Notes under the pieces: model-generated
Seen by the model: the letters and a program-made list of their open reading frames with translations, nothing else
The model's database searches: none
Told to the model about the DNA's origin: nothing
Shown: piece after piece, positions 53,829 to 63,682 of the stretch
How positions within the stretch are numbered: position 1 is the stretch's first letter
How the letters are laid out: the number at the start of each line of letters is the position of its first letter
Made by a program: the position numbers and the translations under genes
Origin: an uncultured Chloroflexia bacterium
GTDB lineage: Bacteria > Chloroflexota > UBA6077 > JACCZL01
NCBI GenBank assembly: GCA_963765765.1
Contig: CAVXYC010000019.1
Coordinates: forward strand, 1-64,000
Reading direction: 5' to 3'
Length of the DNA stretch: 64,000 nt

Positions 53829-54131
53829 TTCACCGCACGCAACTGCTTACTGGAGCCTGAGCAGCACGAGGCATTGTCCGAGATAGCCCGACAGGAGTGC
53901 CGCGGCATCTCGCAGATCGTGCGACAACTTGTTCAGCAGGAGATCGAGCGTCGCGACATCGGGCGAGCCTAGGTTCGCGAGCGGGGACTCGAGGCGATTC
54001 GTCGAATTAGAGCGATTGCGGCGGCCCACTCGTGTGAGCTGGTTCAAGACTACGACGCGGCTCTCGAGCTGGATCGAATGCGGGGAGAACGAGACGACGA
54101 GATCTGGCGAGCCGTGCATGATCGTGATTGA
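53825..54131 (+). pseudogene. Ribbon-helix-helix (VapB/CopG-like) antitoxin, disrupted
   Basis: Manual translation M.HRTQL-LLEPEQHEALSEIARQECRGISQIVRQLVQQEIERR...*...RGERDDEIWR; frameshift near 53846 and TAG at 53970. Confidence 0.65.
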
Positions 54132-54165
54132 TGCCAGCATCACTCTGCCATTGCAGATCTCTCGT
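54118..54165 (+). pseudogene. Truncated VapC/PIN toxin N-terminus
   Basis: MIVIDASITLPL overlaps the antitoxin end; similarity is lost after about 13 codons. Confidence 0.55.
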
Positions 54166-54226
54166 CGACATCGAAAACCGGCTATTCTAGGCATGCAGAC
54201 CGACCGTCGCAGAGGAGCGTCCCCGA

Positions 54227-55182
54227 ATGATGATCATCGATTCCCAGGTCCACGCGTACGATGCGAACACACCGCAACGGCCGTGGAAGACCAAGCCGAA
54301 CTGGCAGGATCACGTCACCGGCGATGAGATGGTCGCCGCGATGGACGAGCTTGGCATCGACGGTGCGATTTTCATCTCCGCGTTCTCGATCTACGGCTAT
54401 GACTCCAGCTACGCGGTCGAGGTGCAGCAAAAGCACCCCGATCGCTTCGGTATCGTCAAGCCGGTCGATCCGGATGATCCGAACGTGGAGGACGTGATCG
54501 CGGACTGGAAGGGGACACCGGGAGCGGTGGGTGTCCGCATTATGGTCACGAAGGATCCCGGGACGCGACCGGGACCCGGCCGATCCCGGCTTCGACCGCA
54601 TACTGCGTGCGGCCGTCAAGCACGATTTCCCGGTCAACTTTCTGTTCTGGGGCAATCTCGACGCGGGTACCCAGATCATCGACCGCCACCCCGACGTGCG
54701 ATTCATCATCGACCACCTTGCCATCCTGCAGCCGCGCGTGCCCGGGCACTCCGCCGGAGCCCTGGGCGGACCTGCCGAAGGTCCTCGAGCTCGCGAAGCG
54801 CGAGAACGCGGTGATCAAGGTGAGCGGTGCCTGCACGCTCTCGAAAGAGCCGTATCCGTTTGCGGACATCTGGGACCCGCTCGCACGCGTCTTCGACGCG
54901 TGGGGTTTCGAGCGCTGTCTCTGGGGTACGGACTGGACACGCGCGTTCGCGGTCGTCAATTACGAACAGGCGGTAAAGCCGTTCCTGGAAACGGACCGCC
55001 TCAGTGAAAGCGAGCGCGCGATGCTGATGGGCGGCGCAACTGCGAAAGCCTACGGCTGGTCGCCGAAGAACAGTAGCACGCGGCGCAGCGTGATCTACCC
55101 GGAGCGGCGAAGTGCTGTACACGCCACCTGGCCGACATCGCGGGCGTTCTCCGCGCCATGGTGGCGCACAAGAGGGTTCTGA
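54227..55182 (+). CDS. Amidohydrolase_2 family, lactonase-like (frameshifts near 54560 and 54745)
   Basis: IIDSQVH, FIIDHL, IKVSG, WGTDWT. Confidence 0.82.
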
Positions 55183-55213
55183 ACGGAGTGAATCCATCAA
55201 GTGGGGCTAACGC

Positions 55214-55582
55214 CTAGAGGTCGTTGCCGCGCCAGCGCACGCCACGCGGTCGGATTACAGCGAATTGGCTTGTCTGATCGGCGCTCTCTTCGAACTGTGC
55301 AATGACCGCGGGCAGGCGCCTGATCTTCTCTTCAGCGTCGGTAGCCAGACGGAGCCGGAACAGAATCACGCCCGCATGCGGCTTTCGTCGAGCGAACGAT
55401 AAGCTCGCCAAAGTCGAGATCGTTCGTGATGAGAACGCGTTGCTCCGCTGTGGCTATCGCCAGAACTTCCTCGTCGGGAATGGAGCGGGTATAGTCCAGA
55501 GCGATCGCCGTAACGTCGTGGCCTAGGCGCTGAAGGAACGTCCGATTCGTAGCTCGACATTCTCGTCGAGCAGGAATCTCAT
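55214..55582 (-). CDS. DUF5615 PIN-like toxin (frameshift near 55540)
   Basis: Manual translation MRFLLDENV ... LGHDV ... DEEVL ... VLITNDLDFGEL ... HAGVILFRL. Confidence 0.8.
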
Positions 55583-55834
55583 CCGCCGCGGTCGGCGTTA
55601 TTGAGGGCGTACTCTCGTTCCACCAGCGATGCGGCATATTCGAGGCATGCACGAACGTCATCGATGGTTAAGCGAGGATAGTCTGCGAAGAGCGCCTGGA
55701 TATTCCGGATCGCGTGCGAGTTTTGCTAGGACGAGCTCCACAGGAATGCGAGTCCCGCGAACAATAGGTTTACCGACCAGCACGGACGGGTCGCGGATGA
55801 TCCGCTCATTGATTCTGGTGTCCTTAGTGGTCAA
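55579..55834 (-). CDS. DUF433 antitoxin (frameshift near 55700)
   Basis: RIIRDPSVLVGKPIVRGTRIPVELVL ... DYPRLTIDDVRACLEYA; ATGA overlap with the toxin; RBS GAGG. Confidence 0.82.
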
Positions 55835-55900
55835 GTGACATCACCTCGCTTGCCTGGGTCCTGCGGAGTCGGTATCAGTCGAAATTATCGCATGAGAACA

Positions 55901-55931
55901 AGAAAGCGGAGCCAGATGGGCTCCGCTTTCT
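55901..55931 (-). terminator. Intrinsic terminator of nrdJ
   Basis: AGAAAGCGGAGCC ... GGCTCCGCTTTCT followed by TGTTCT on the minus strand. Confidence 0.65.
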
Positions 55932-55952
55932 GAATCACCTGCGGCGCTGCAG

Positions 55953-58253
55953 TTAGAAATCCACCTCACACACCCCCGCCAGGCAGGCGAGCTCCTGGGC
56001 GGCGTTGGTGAGGTCTTCGTGCTCGTAGCGGTAGACCTTGGAGAAGTCGATGTCGGGGAATTCGGGCGCGAGGCGCTCGTATTCCTCTTTGCTGATCTCC
56101 ACGTAGGGGAGCTGAGCGTACTGGGCATCGAAGGCGGGCAGGAAGGCCATGCCGCCGATGACGTCCTTGTGCTCCCAGACCCAGCGCATCAGGTCCAGCA
56201 CTTCGTCTGGGCGGTAGGTGATAGTGACGCTGGGATTGTGCTCGGTCCAGTACAGCTTGTTCTGCAGCCAGTACTCACACTGCGCAATGGCCGATCGCTC
56301 GTTGCGCGTCACCGCGCCATCGGGCGACTTCATCGGGAAGTGCACGACCCAGGTGTTGGCGTCTTCAGGACCCTGGCCATTCTCGGGGTCCATGGGCACA
56401 CCGGAGTCCCGTAGAACTTTGTACAGCGGCGAGTGCGTTCCGACGCGGACGTTGCGAATGTAGTAGGGCGCCCAGCGTGCATGCAGGCCCGAGGCACAGT
56501 TGAGAAGCTGGGCGGAGTTCCCGCTCGGCTTCACGGTGGTCGTCGAAGCTGCCTGATTGATGCCCAGCGTCTGAGCGTACTGCCGGTTCACTTCCACGGC
56601 TACCTGGCGCAGTTTGCTCTTCACGCCGGCGTCCTGGGCAATGGCGCTATCGAGCTGCCCGGTGATGTCCACGCCCAGCAGGCGCTCCTCTTCACAGTTC
56701 TGCTGCCATTGTGGCCGCAGGCCTGGGAAGTTGGTGGCCATGCTCTGAATGGTGCCGATGATGCTGGCGACCTCGACCTTGTCCTTGAGTGACTCGTAAT
56801 CGTCACCCTGGCGCGCCACGGCGATGGAGAGGTTGCAGAACTGGAAGGGACGCAGCACGATCTCGCCGCACGGGTTTGTGCCCCAGTCGGCATCCTGCCG
56901 ACGATCAGGGCGCATGGCGCGTGCGGCTTCACGGTTAAAGATGCCAGGCTCGCCGCGGCCCGACTCCACCATCTCCAGGAAGAGCTTGGCGAAGTCGAGC
57001 TGGGTGATGCCGCCGGCGGGCAGCACCATGGAGTTATTGGCGTTCCAGCGCTGGCTGTTCTCGCGCTCGAAATCGCCGGACTTGGACAGGCGCATCTCCT
57101 CGTCATCGAAGTCGAAGAGCGAGATCATCGCCGTTCGGCGCACGCCGCCCTGGACGGCCGCGTTGCCCACCGCGCACATGATGTCATGCGCGTCCAGCGG
57201 GCGCAGGAAGCTCCCCTGGCGCGAGAGGATGCGCTTGCGCACGAATTCCAGCATGGTGCGCAGTGGCTCGGCCCCTGACGCGCGGCCGCCCTTGGTCTTC
57301 AGCGGAGCGCCTGCCGGGCGGATCTGGGAGAGATCCACGCGGACATCGCCGCCCTCGAACCAGACCTCCAGCGCGGTGCGCAGGCCGTTCATCCAGCCCT
57401 CGGTGGAGTCATCGAAGACCAGCGGCTTGGGGGAGAGGCCGCTCTGACGACGGACGCGCGGAAACTGCTCGACGAACTTGCCTTCAACCGAGAAGCCGAC
57501 GCCGCAGCCGCTCATCGAGATGAGCATGGCCTCGCAGAACGAATCGATGCTGTCGACCGGCAAGTACGAGCAGTTGTAAACGCTGATGTTGTTGCGGCGC
57601 GCGGCCGGACCCGCCATGGCCAGCAGCCGCATGGACGGCATGGAGCGCATCTCGAGCACGTTTGTGCGAATGCGCTCGTACGTCTCTCGAGGCAGACGGT
57701 CACCGCCGAGCTCATGCAGGAAGTCAACGGCGCGATCAACCGTCTCGACCCACGTTTCGCGGCGACCCTGCTCATAGTCGAATCGGGAGTACTTATCAAA
57801 ATACTGGAAGCGCTGGATCGGCGTCGGGAAATAGACGTCCGACGCTTCGAACGCTTCTCGGACTGCGTCGGGTACCGGCCGGTCCTCGCGCTCTTTGGCG
57901 CGCTCGGCGCGATAGAGGATGTAGCGCTTAGCAGCCTCGAACTCTCCGGCCGCCTGCAGGACCATCTCAACGATGTCTTGCACGCCCTCTACAGTGGGCG
58001 GTTCCCCGTTCGACTTGGCTGCCACGATGTTGATGACACGGTTGGCGAGCTCGCCGACGGGCGTCTCAGGCGTGCGCCCGAAGCTGTCAAAGCAGCGATG
58101 AAGGGCATTCTCGATGCGCTGGACCTCAAAGGTAACGAGCCGTCCGTCGCGCTTGACGATGGTCGGCGGTGCGATCGGCGTCACGACTATCGCATCGTCA
58201 TCATGTCTATCCATGGTCTTTCCATTTACTGAGCTGAACGGCTCGACGGCCAT
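55953..58253 (-). CDS. nrdJ: Class II (adenosylcobalamin-dependent) ribonucleotide reductase, monomeric RTPR-like, with N-terminal ATP cone
   Basis: IVKRDG ATP cone; YNCS, GGVRR, TNPCGEI, TVKPSG, EHNPS, C-terminal CxxGxC. Confidence 0.9.
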   Translation of the reverse strand: MAVEPFSSVNGKTMDRHDDDAIVVTPIAPPTIVKRDGRLVTFEVQRIENALHRCFDSFGRTPETPVGELANRVINIVAAKSNGEPPTVEGVQDIVEMVLQAAGEFEAAKRYILYRAERAKEREDRPVPDAVREAFEASDVYFPTPIQRFQYFDKYSRFDYEQGRRETWVETVDRAVDFLHELGGDRLPRETYERIRTNVLEMRSMPSMRLLAMAGPAARRNNISVYNCSYLPVDSIDSFCEAMLISMSGCGVGFSVEGKFVEQFPRVRRQSGLSPKPLVFDDSTEGWMNGLRTALEVWFEGGDVRVDLSQIRPAGAPLKTKGGRASGAEPLRTMLEFVRKRILSRQGSFLRPLDAHDIMCAVGNAAVQGGVRRTAMISLFDFDDEEMRLSKSGDFERENSQRWNANNSMVLPAGGITQLDFAKLFLEMVESGRGEPGIFNREAARAMRPDRRQDADWGTNPCGEIVLRPFQFCNLSIAVARQGDDYESLKDKVEVASIIGTIQSMATNFPGLRPQWQQNCEEERLLGVDITGQLDSAIAQDAGVKSKLRQVAVEVNRQYAQTLGINQAASTTTVKPSGNSAQLLNCASGLHARWAPYYIRNVRVGTHSPLYKVLRDSGVPMDPENGQGPEDANTWVVHFPMKSPDGAVTRNERSAIAQCEYWLQNKLYWTEHNPSVTITYRPDEVLDLMRWVWEHKDVIGGMAFLPAFDAQYAQLPYVEISKEEYERLAPEFPDIDFSKVYRYEHEDLTNAAQELACLAGVCEVDF

Positions 58254-58339
58254 GTCTTCCTCTCCCTATCGCGCGGTCTTTGCACGTCGCCAAATTTTGC
58301 CCGGTGGGCCGCGCTCCGCAACGCATATCCCATACCACG

Positions 58340-58386
58340 GTACAACATCTGGTACTAAAAATAAAGATACCCACAATATCTTGTGG
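58340..58386. promoter_or_regulatory. Tandem NrdR boxes
   Basis: GTACAACATCTGGTAC (58340-58355) and CCACAATATCTTGTGG (58371-58386), 31 bp apart, upstream of nrdJ; match acaCwAtATaTwGtg. Confidence 0.8.
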
Positions 58387-58525
58387 GAATCAAGCGAAGA
58401 GCGACAGAACGGGCGTTCGGTGAATCACACAGATGGCACAGCGTTGTGGGGCCCGATTGTACGTCCGGACAAGTCCACCGGGAGCACCCAAATTGCGCGC
58501 AATCACACCAGTGTGGGCACACCTT

Positions 58526-58574
58526 TAGGGGCTAGGGGCTAGGGGCTAGGGGCTAAGGGCTAGGGGCTAAGGGC
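58526..58574 (+). repeat. Tandem heptamer (TARGGGC)x7
   Basis: TAGGGGC x4, TAAGGGC, TAGGGGC, TAAGGGC. Confidence 0.9.
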
Positions 58575-58580
58575 TGGGTC

Positions 58581-58703
58581 GTAGTATGGGGGCTTGTCTG
58601 GCTTGTCCCCTGTGCCTGGAAATCCCGCACGTTAGAAAGCATCGGCACAGCCAGCGGGCCAAGACCGAGAGACCCAGGCACAGGGGACAAGCCCCCATAC
58701 TAC
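58581..58703. repeat. GTAG-type REP doublet overlapping the plsX stop
   Basis: GTAGTATGGGGGCTTGTC(TGGCTTGTC)CCCTGTGCCTGG / CCAGGCACAGGGGACAAGCCCCCATACTAC. Confidence 0.8.
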
Positions 58704-59713
58704 GAACGCGTCAATATTCCTCTGGCGATCGTGTCCACTAAATTGCCATCCACGGCTCGGCGGGCGACTCGGATGGCGTTGTAGATGGCCCGGGCGTTTG
58801 AGCGGCCGTGGGCGATGATGACGACACCCTGAACGCCCAGTAGGGGCGCCCCTCCGAATTCGGCGTAGTCCAGGCGACCGTAGGCACGCTTGAAGGATGG
58901 ACGCAGGCCCGCGGCGAGAAGCTTGGAGAATGGATTGGAAGTGATCTCTTCACGGATGATTCCGCCAATGGTCGAGGCGACACCCTCAGCGAATTTGATC
59001 AGCACATTTCCCACGAAGCCATCACACACCACCACGTCCACCGCACCCGCTGGGATGTCCTTGCCTTCGACGTTCCCGACAAAGTTGGCGGACTCATCGC
59101 GCAGCAGCGCGTGGGCTCGCTGCACCACCTGGTTTCCTTTTTCCTCTTCCTCCCCGATCGACAGTAGTCCCACGCGGGGCTTGTCTACTTCCAGGACTTG
59201 CTCAGCGTACGCGGCGCCCATGAGCGCAAACTGCGCTAAATATTCCGGTTTGCAATCCGCGTTGGCGCCTACGTCTACGATGAGCGTGAATCCAGAGCGA
59301 GTGGGGAATACCGTGGCAATGGCCGGACGCTCCACTCCGGGAATACGTCCCAGGTGAAAAAGCCCGGCGGCAAGCATGGCGCCGGTGTTCCCCGCCGAGA
59401 GAAATGCCGCCGCGCGGCCATCTTTCACCTGACGCATCCCGACGACGATCGACGAGTCGGTCTTCTGACGCACCGCGTTCGCCGGATGCTCGGCCATCTC
59501 GATCACCTCACTGGCGGGCACCAGTGAGATCCGTTCGTCATCTTCGGCGCTCAGTCTTCTCAGCTCGGCGCGAATGACGTCCTCCGGTCCAACAAGAGCC
59601 ACGCGCGCATCCAGCTCCCGAACGGCTTCCAATGCACCGTCGACGATCACGCTGGGTGCGTGGTCGCCGCCCATGGCGTCTACGGCGATGATCGGATGAG
59701 CAGGCTCGGTCAT
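58700..59713 (-). CDS. plsX: Phosphate acyltransferase PlsX
   Basis: IAVDAMGGDHAP, SAGNTGA, DVGANAD, IGEEEEKG, DGFVGN, GGAPLLG, HGRS. Confidence 0.95.
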   Translation of the reverse strand: MTEPAHPIIAVDAMGGDHAPSVIVDGALEAVRELDARVALVGPEDVIRAELRRLSAEDDERISLVPASEVIEMAEHPANAVRQKTDSSIVVGMRQVKDGRAAAFLSAGNTGAMLAAGLFHLGRIPGVERPAIATVFPTRSGFTLIVDVGANADCKPEYLAQFALMGAAYAEQVLEVDKPRVGLLSIGEEEEKGNQVVQRAHALLRDESANFVGNVEGKDIPAGAVDVVVCDGFVGNVLIKFAEGVASTIGGIIREEITSNPFSKLLAAGLRPSFKRAYGRLDYAEFGGAPLLGVQGVVIIAHGRSNARAIYNAIRVARRAVDGNLVDTIARGILTRS

Positions 59714-61226
59714 CGGCTCAGCACGTCGCCATCGCGAATGCCAGACCGGCGAAAGCACTACTTCGGCCCCTTCGGATACTCCGGTGAGTATCTCCACCAC
59801 TCGCCCATCATTCAGACCACTCTGCACAGGTTGACGGCGATAGCGTCCGTCCACCACGGCATACACAGCCTGGTCCAGATCGCGCCCAATGACGGCTTCT
59901 CTGGGCACAACGATAGTGCCCTGCTTTCGGCCGGCAGCGATGGAGACATTGGCAAACATGCCGCTCTTGAGCTTGAACTGCTGGTCGGTCACTTCCACCT
60001 TCATACCTGAGGTGCGGTTGCGGACATCGATGATTGGGGTGAGCGATCGAACGACGCCAGTAAAAATCTCGTTGGGGTAGGCATCAACGCCGATACTGAC
60101 CGATTGACCCAACGTGATGGCGCCAATCAACAGTTCTGGAACCTGGACCAGAAGCTCAAACTCGGGTGGGATGATGGCGACTAACAGCGCACCGGCCGCG
60201 GTAGGTAACCCCGTACTGACAAAGACATCCGAAATCAGACCGGCCACTGGAGCGGACACGCTCGACTCGCGAAGCTGCAATCGGGCTAGCTCCAGTGCGG
60301 CCCAGGCGTGCTCAACGGCCGTCTCTGCCGACTTTCGTTCGGAGTCCGACACCGGCTGATTGACGCGCTGGAGACGGCGTTCCGCTGCCCTCCAGGGAAG
60401 CTCGAGCCTCCTCGATGTCCGATGGCACGCTGGTACGACGCGATAGGAGAAGTCGCTCTTCTGCTTGTGCCAGCTCTTGCCGTGCCTGGATGAGTTCCGG
60501 GCCGGACGCCGGTGCACGCGCCGAACGGAGCTGCTCCTGTGCGTCGATGAGCGCTTGCTGCGCTTGTCGGATCACCTCTGGTGGCGGTACGGATGATCCC
60601 GAGCCAGGTACTGGAGTGGCTCGCTGAGCGGAGATCAGTCGCTCCACTCGGTCGTTTGCCACGGCTACCGCTGCTTCAAGCTGGGTAATTAGTTCGGGCC
60701 GACCCTTCTCGAGCTCAGCCACAAGCTGGCGAGCCCCGGCAACGGCTCGCACCAGCTCCGTCTGCTGTTCCTGCGTTGGAGCCGACTCCACAGATGCGAG
60801 TCTGGCTTTCGCCGCCCGAAGCTGCGCATCGGCTTCCGCGGTCTCCTCGGGACGATTGCCCGCGCTGAGTCCCGCCAGCCGAGCCTCTGCACCAGCTAGC
60901 GCAGCGTTGGCCCGAGCCACTTCGACTTCCAGCGTCGGGCGATCGAGTTCCAGGAGCGGATCTCCCGCCGCCACGCGCGCTCCCGGGACTGCCGTGACCT
61001 GCATGATTGTCCCGGGTATGCGTGTCGTAACAGTCGTTGCCGGTTTCGTGCGCACTTCCGTTGAGAAGGTAAGCACGCCATTGATCTCGGAACGCGTCGC
61101 TCGAGCCGTAAGGACAGTGGACTCGCGGACCGGTGCCGGCCGCTCCGTGATTGCCGAGCATCCGGCAAGGGTTACGGCGCATCCGACGAGAAGCGCGGGC
61201 CAGAATCTGTTTCCTCTGGACATCAC
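59710..61226 (-). CDS. Efflux periplasmic adaptor/membrane fusion protein (HlyD-like lipoprotein); frameshifts near 60395 and 59745
   Basis: LAGC lipobox, PGARVAAGDPLLELD, coiled coil, APVAG, LKSGMFA, VPREAV. Confidence 0.82.
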
Positions 61227-61340
61227 AGCAGAGAGTACAAGGTTAGCGTTCCAGGGAGAAAGTCCATGGTCTAGAGTGCCGGCTTCTCGAAATGGTCACA
61301 ATCGTACGAGATGCTCCCACGATTTCTGGAAGCGAGGTGT

Positions 61341-62300
61341 TTATTCACGTGCCCTCCGCCAGAGGAGCACGACGAATACGGCGATGGCACCCAGCGTGAG
61401 CAGGGGATTCTGCTTTGTTTCGCGAGGGGAAGCCTCAGTCGTGACCGCGAGAGCAGGCCGTGGTGTAACGATCACCGGGCATAGGAAGGCATTGAGCGAT
61501 GCCCCGAGCACGATGATTCGCGCGAGCAGGTACAACCAGGTGAGAAGAAGCAGTAGGAGTCCGAGGGTCTTGTATGCCTCGAAGCCGCCCCCGAAGAAGC
61601 GAGTATAAAGCGGAAATAACTGCAGTATGAGCACGAAGAGAACACTGCTGAGGAGCGCGCCGCGCCAGACACCGCCCAGCGACAATGGTGCATTAGGCAC
61701 GATTCGGAAGATCGCCAGGAAGAGGAAGAATGCAGCAATCGCTGAGATGAGCAAGCCGAGAATAGGCGCCATGGCGATAGCATCAGCTGATAAGAACGAA
61801 AGGAGTCTGCCGCCGTGCTCGCTGATAAGCGAGGCCGCGCTCGATGCCAATACCGATGCCAGGATGAGCACCATAAACAGGAGGATCATGGAGATCTCGA
61901 CGATCTTCTGGGGAATGAAAGCCCGCTCGGGTACACCGTAGAAGCGGTTGAAGGCACGGGTCATACTGCCTATCAACCCGGTGCCGGCCCACAGGAGACC
62001 CAGCACAGCAATGACTCCCAGAATGCCTGTGATTTCGCGCGTCTCTTCCAAAAAGGTCAGTAGCTCGTCAACGCCCGCGGGGAACTGACGCTGGATGGCG
62101 CCAACTAGCGCGTCAAGTCGCTCCGGATCTCGGAGAATCAGACCGACGACAGTCAGGCATCCAACGAGCAATGGGAAGAGCGAAAAGACTGCGCTGTAGG
62201 CTATAAGCGACGCAGACCTGTCCGCGTCATCGGCCTGGTATTTGCGCGCGAATCGACCGACGCCACTCTGGCCCCACCACGTCTTTATGCCGTTGAGCAT
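61341..62300 (-). CDS. YihY/BrkB family membrane protein
   Basis: ASLIAYSAVFSLFP, multiple TM, LLLTWLY...GASLNA. Confidence 0.85.
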   Translation of the reverse strand: MLNGIKTWWGQSGVGRFARKYQADDADRSASLIAYSAVFSLFPLLVGCLTVVGLILRDPERLDALVGAIQRQFPAGVDELLTFLEETREITGILGVIAVLGLLWAGTGLIGSMTRAFNRFYGVPERAFIPQKIVEISMILLFMVLILASVLASSAASLISEHGGRLLSFLSADAIAMAPILGLLISAIAAFFLFLAIFRIVPNAPLSLGGVWRGALLSSVLFVLILQLFPLYTRFFGGGFEAYKTLGLLLLLLTWLYLLARIIVLGASLNAFLCPVIVTPRPALAVTTEASPRETKQNPLLTLGAIAVFVVLLWRRARE

Positions 62301-62387
62301 GGTCCTATCGCGTGTGCGGTGTGCGTTTGTCGGGGATCGTCATCTCAGGGTCCCGCCACGGCGCGGAGTATTAGACCCACACCCGAC

Positions 62388-63608
62388 TCAATCCTCAACC
62401 GGGTCGTAGGCACTACGATGTGGCACACGCCCGCCCAGACCACTTAGCTCGAGCTCGTTGGCTACCTTAATGCTTCGTTGCAGAAGCTCGCGTATGAGAG
62501 GATGCTGGACCTGCGAAGGACCTCGGTCCACGCGAACGATGATCGAGCTTGAGACGATCGGCTGCTCCAGCCCAATGGCGGCGGCAACCGCCAGTTTCGC
62601 GGCGTGCTCCCGACCCGATTTCCAGAAGATGTACGCCGTTTCCTCTAATCGTCGTTGCAGTCCGTGTCGAACTTCATCGGTGATGATGGCTCGGATGGCT
62701 TCGGCCTCGATGCGTTCCATCCGCTCCTGCCGCGCTGCGTCCTGTAGGACAACCAGGGAGCTATCCATCTGTCGCGCCTGCTCAGCAAATGGTCGAATGT
62801 CATGGAAATCAAAAATCCACGAGGTAAGCTCTGGCTCGTCGGCGATCTGGACGGATTGTTGGAGGTAAGTCGGATCAAGGCGAATCTCAGCGGTAGGCAT
62901 CACATCGTAGATAAGCGCTCGTTCGGGCGGATCGCCGAAGTCGCCCACAACAGAGTGGTAGGTTTGAATATCAGCGGGAACCGTGAATCCTGTGGCGTGA
63001 TTCAACGCTTCAGCTTCCGCGAGAAGCGAGCGGGCGTAATCCGTGGGTAGCTCAATGAATTCGATCTGCGATCGTCTGGTGATGTCTCGGACGTTCTCCT
63101 GGAAGCGCCTTCTAGTGATGTCCGAGACCATCGCGTCCTTTATGCCGACGATCTCATTGAGCACCATGCCGATCATGTAGCCGCCGCCGGTAGAGCGCTC
63201 TACGAAGATCCATAGCCATCGCGAGCCGATGCCGTCGGGGGCAGATGCTTGAGCCTCGGCAAGGCGATATTCCACGTTCAGCCGCAGCATCTGGTGCTCG
63301 GGCGTGATCTGGACGCTGGGAGCCGATTTTCCGCTGGCTCTGAGTCGGTGCAGGCCCCGACGTGCTCCCTTGCGAAGATCCTTGGAGACCGGCCCGGCCG
63401 CAACCGCTGCCAATAGGTCGGCGGCCTCAGGATGTTCTAATGCCCCCAGCATCTCGACAGATGGAAGATCGTCTGCGCTGAGCCCCTGGAGCAGCCCTTC
63501 GTGTGAGTCCGGCTGCTGCACCCATCGATCAAGCAGCGCCTGCGCCTGCTCTCGTGCTTGCTCTCGATCCACCCCTGCCCATCCCTTGCAGGCCACCGTG
63601 GCCAGCAT
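62388..63608 (-). CDS. Hypothetical protein (helical N-terminus, DG.G.R motif); start uncertain
   Basis: 406-aa ORF in a co-directional run; RKGARRGLHRL and SAPDGIGSR look like conserved motifs but no function can be assigned. Confidence 0.6.
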   Translation of the reverse strand: MLATVACKGWAGVDREQAREQAQALLDRWVQQPDSHEGLLQGLSADDLPSVEMLGALEHPEAADLLAAVAAGPVSKDLRKGARRGLHRLRASGKSAPSVQITPEHQMLRLNVEYRLAEAQASAPDGIGSRWLWIFVERSTGGGYMIGMVLNEIVGIKDAMVSDITRRRFQENVRDITRRSQIEFIELPTDYARSLLAEAEALNHATGFTVPADIQTYHSVVGDFGDPPERALIYDVMPTAEIRLDPTYLQQSVQIADEPELTSWIFDFHDIRPFAEQARQMDSSLVVLQDAARQERMERIEAEAIRAIITDEVRHGLQRRLEETAYIFWKSGREHAAKLAVAAAIGLEQPIVSSSIIVRVDRGPSQVQHPLIRELLQRSIKVANELELSGLGGRVPHRSAYDPVED

Positions 63609-63682
63609 CGTCGCGGCGACGATTATAGCAACCGTCAGCAGGGATTCCGTCGGGATTTATGAGCAGCTCGGCCGGATAGGCG

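Noticed and set aside
53847-54194. Minus-strand 115-aa ORF
   Set aside because: Shadow of the plus-strand RHH/VapC relic
58700-60517. Apparent 605-aa MFP-PlsX fusion in the ORF track
   Set aside because: A 1-bp indel near 59745 explains it; the corrected MFP ends GIRDGDVLSR* overlapping the plsX ATG
148-61226. Widespread frameshifts read as mass pseudogenisation or programmed frameshifting
   Set aside because: They hit housekeeping and accessory genes alike, motifs stay intact and no consistent slippery sites were seen; long-read indel errors are the simplest explanation
62300-62388. CTGAGA-containing hairpin resembling a TPP riboswitch
   Set aside because: Lacks the downstream ACCUGA/GGGA elements and precedes yihY
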